From Squalus acanthias (lineage: Eukaryota): a stretch of 64,000 nucleotides of DNA. The stretch is from the NCBI GenBank assembly GCA_030390025.1, contig CM059432.1, forward strand, positions 146,508,001-146,572,000, read 5' to 3'. Positions 61,301-64,000 of the stretch are shown piece by piece (positions within the stretch are counted from its first letter, which is position 1; each line of letters opens with the position of its first letter). Both the position numbers and the translations under genes were made by a program. The notes under the pieces were generated by a model. The model did not search any database, was not told the DNA's origin, and saw only the letters and a list, made by a program, of their open reading frames with translations.

Positions 61301-64000
61301 AGGCTGAACAGTTGGGATTTCATAAGTGCAATTGTAAGAGAGTTGGGAGAGAGTTCTTTCCAGGGGCGGACACAGAAGGAAGTAGGGTTGGGGGAGGTGG
61401 GTGGAAGGAGGATGTGGGTGGAGAGCTATACGAGGAAGTGGTCAGAGATGGCCTTATCTGCGATTGACATGATGGGAGTAGCGAGGCCACGAGAGATGGC
61501 AAGGTTGAGGGGGTGGCCATGATTGTGTGTTGGGGAGTTTACACGGAGGGAGAGATTAAGCGAGGATAGGAGGCTAGTGAACTCAGAGGAGAGAGAGCAT
61601 GAGGAATTGAGATGAAGGTTGAAATCACCGAGGATGAGAAGTCGTTTGGTGCAGAGGCTGAGGAGGAGAACAGTGAAGATATCTCAGTAATAACATTTTT
61701 ATGGTACTTGGGTGGGCGGTAGAGAACAAGAATTTTAAATGATAGGTGAGAGGGGTGGAATAAAGTGGCGTGCTCAAAGGAGGAGAAACTGCCGGAGGAG
61801 TAGGGGGACAGACCAAGGTGTGATTTGGTGAGGAGAGCCACACCGCCACCACGGCGGTCTGAGCGGGGCAAGTGCTGGAAGGTATAGCCAGGTGGGGAGC
61901 CTTCATTTAAGAGTAAGGTGTCATCACCCCTCAACCAAGTTTCCGTCAGGGCCATAATGTCGATGCAATCATCCACGATAAGCTCACGGATGGCAAGGGC
62001 CGTGTTCGCAAGTGAACAGACATTCTGGAGGGAGATGCGGAGAGGGTCGGTGATGGCTGATCCACTGCCAACGTCCACAGGGTCAGCACTGGGGGGGATG
62101 AGTTGGATGGGGTGGAGATTGGCATGATTTGCCCTCAGTGGGTGCGCTGGGCAGGAAGGTCAGCGAGAGAGTAGGATGGGACAGTTGTGGTTGCTGCTCA
62201 TAAGGCGACAGCGACGAGTTCCTCGATGGGCCCTTCGTAGGATGCCAGGAGAGGCACAGAGGGAAGCTGTAGGCTTATCTAAGAGGGAGTCAAGCCTGGG
62301 ACGGTGGCAGGAGAGTAGGAAGGCCGAAGAGTAATGAAGGATTGGGGTAGGGATTTGGGAGGGCAGAGTATCTGAGAGAGGAGAGATGAAAGGAGGCATG
62401 ACGACAGGAGAATGCGGTCAGGGAGGGGTAGAGAGAAAAGGAAAATGGGGGAAAAAGTGGAATGGCTCGGGTCCGGAGTAGCAGCCAAAGTGCGCACGCG
62501 AATGGACACAGGGAAAAGCTCAGGTTACATGGGCCTGTTTAAATGTAATAATTAATGGGATACATATTTCCTGGTAGCAGGGAACAGGTTGGAGTCAATA
62601 GTAGGGAGAATAGGGTCAAATTCAGAGGTCCCATGGAAGGACAAAGCTGACATAAGCAGGATGAGTCAATATGGAGCATCGATGAACCGCTGTCCAAAGC
62701 AGGCGAGTGAAGTCCAGAAGCTATTTGAAGGATAGAGAGTTCGAGGATGGACGTTGTTGCTGTAGGAATGATGTTGTTGCTGTAGGAATTCAGCAGAGTT
62801 CCAGAACCATGGTCATAGGGCATCAGTGACTAAGGTGACATCAGGGAAAAATAGAAAAAAGTTAAAGCTAAAGGATCTATATCTAAATGCGCAAAGCATT
62901 CGCAACAAAATAGATGAATTAATAGCACAGATAGAAATGAACAAGTTTGATCTAATAGCCATTACAGAGACGTGGTTACAGAGTGAGCAAGGTTGGGAAC
63001 TAAATATTCCAGGATACTTGATGTTTAGAAGAGATAAGCAAAATAGAAAAGGAGGGGGGGCAACCCTGATAATAAAGGATGGGAGAAAGACAGTAGAGAG
63101 AAAGAATCTTAGTCCAGAAAACAAGATGCAGAATCACTTTGGGTGGGGCTAAGAAACAACAAGGTACAGAAAACACTGGTGGGAGTAGTTTATAGACCCC
63201 TAACAGTAGTTGTAGTGTCAGGAAAATATAAATCAGGAAATTAAAGGGACATGTAATAAGGGTAATACAGTAACCATGGAGGACTTTAATTTTCATGTAG
63301 ACTGGGCAAACCAAATTTACAGCAATAGTACTGAGGATGAGTTCATAGAATGCATTCAAGATAGTTTTCTAGATCAGTTTGTCGAGGAACCAACTAGGGA
63401 ACAGGCTATTTTAGATCTACTATTGTGCAATGAGACAGGGTTAATTAATAACCTTGTAGTAAAGGAGTCTCTGGGGTGCAGTGATCATAATATGATAGAA
63501 TTTTATGTTGAGTTTGAGGGTGATTTAGTTAAGTCAGAAACTAGGGTCTTAATTCTGAACAATGCAAACTATGTAGGTATGAGAGGTGAGTTGGCTAAGG
63601 TAGGTTGGGAAACTAGATTAAAAGGTATGATGAGAGCTAAGCAGTGGCAGACATTTAAAGAAATAACTCATAATTCACAACGAATATACACTCCCTTAAG
63701 GAATAAAAACCCTACCAGAAAAATGGTCCAACCGTGGCTAACAAGAGAAGTTAAAGATAGTATTAGATTAAAGGATGAAGCTTATATTGTTGCTAAAATG
63801 AGTAATAAGCCTGAGGATTGAGAGGATTTTAGAATTCAGCAAAGGATGACGAGAAATTGATAAAGAGAGAGAAAATAGAATATGAGAGTAAACTAGCAAG
63901 AGACATATAAACAGATTATAAAAGCATCTATAGGTATGTAAAAAGGAGATTATCAAAGTAAACATGGGTCCCTTACAGGCAGAGACAGGAGAAATTATGA
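58380..64000 (+). mobile_element. Long decayed CR1 (ORF1 esterase about 58380-58960; APE from about 62810) split by a long L2
   Basis: LGTNDIG at about 58630. ORFs 62826..63152 (YLNAQSI, ITETWL) and 63276..63821 (DFN, LDL, SDHN, PW). Confidence 0.85.
59095..62804 (-). mobile_element. Near full-length L2 LINE (5' region, APE, RT, (GTT)n tail), frameshifted
   Basis: ORFs 61539..62078 (LTETWL, YRPP), 60388..61323, 59979..60629 (GVPQGS, YADD) and 59421..59972. Candidate TSD AACCA at 59090-59094 / 62805-62809. Confidence 0.9.

Noticed and set aside
59095..62804. Active L2 element
   Set aside because: ORF2 is broken into several frames and has a deletion near 60410 relative to the copy at 252.
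252..62804. Antisense orientation bias of L2 copies
   Set aside because: Four of five copies is too few to be meaningful, and CR1 copies lean the other way.

Overview
Vertebrate DNA, most likely cartilaginous fish (shark-type CR1, L2, Deu-SINE, Penelope and Harbinger families). The window is almost entirely intronic and repeat-dominated. Only one host coding exon is recognisable: a 172-bp + strand exon at 10055-10226 matching the long N-terminal isoform of the Ca2+/calmodulin-dependent phosphodiesterase PDE1 (most like PDE1C). The rest is nested mobile DNA. It includes many CR1 LINEs (three long copies with SGNH-esterase ORF1 plus APE/RT), L2 LINEs (one near full length), a second CR1-clade LINE family whose APE ORF sits directly behind a tRNA-like head, an RTE 3' end, tRNA-derived SINEs, Penelope-like fragments with minimal hammerhead ribozyme motifs, one clear and one probable solo LTR, several decayed two-gene PIF/Harbinger transposons (Myb/SANT plus DDE) and many Harbinger-type MITEs with 3-bp TSDs. 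The best leads are an apparently intact minimal hammerhead in a 298-bp insert bracketed by a 39-bp duplication, the tRNA-headed LINE with no ORF1, hairpin arrays conserved in structure across MITEs, and a CRE/CCAAT/X-box cluster just downstream of the PDE1 exon. Family and gene names come from remembered motifs, not from database searches.
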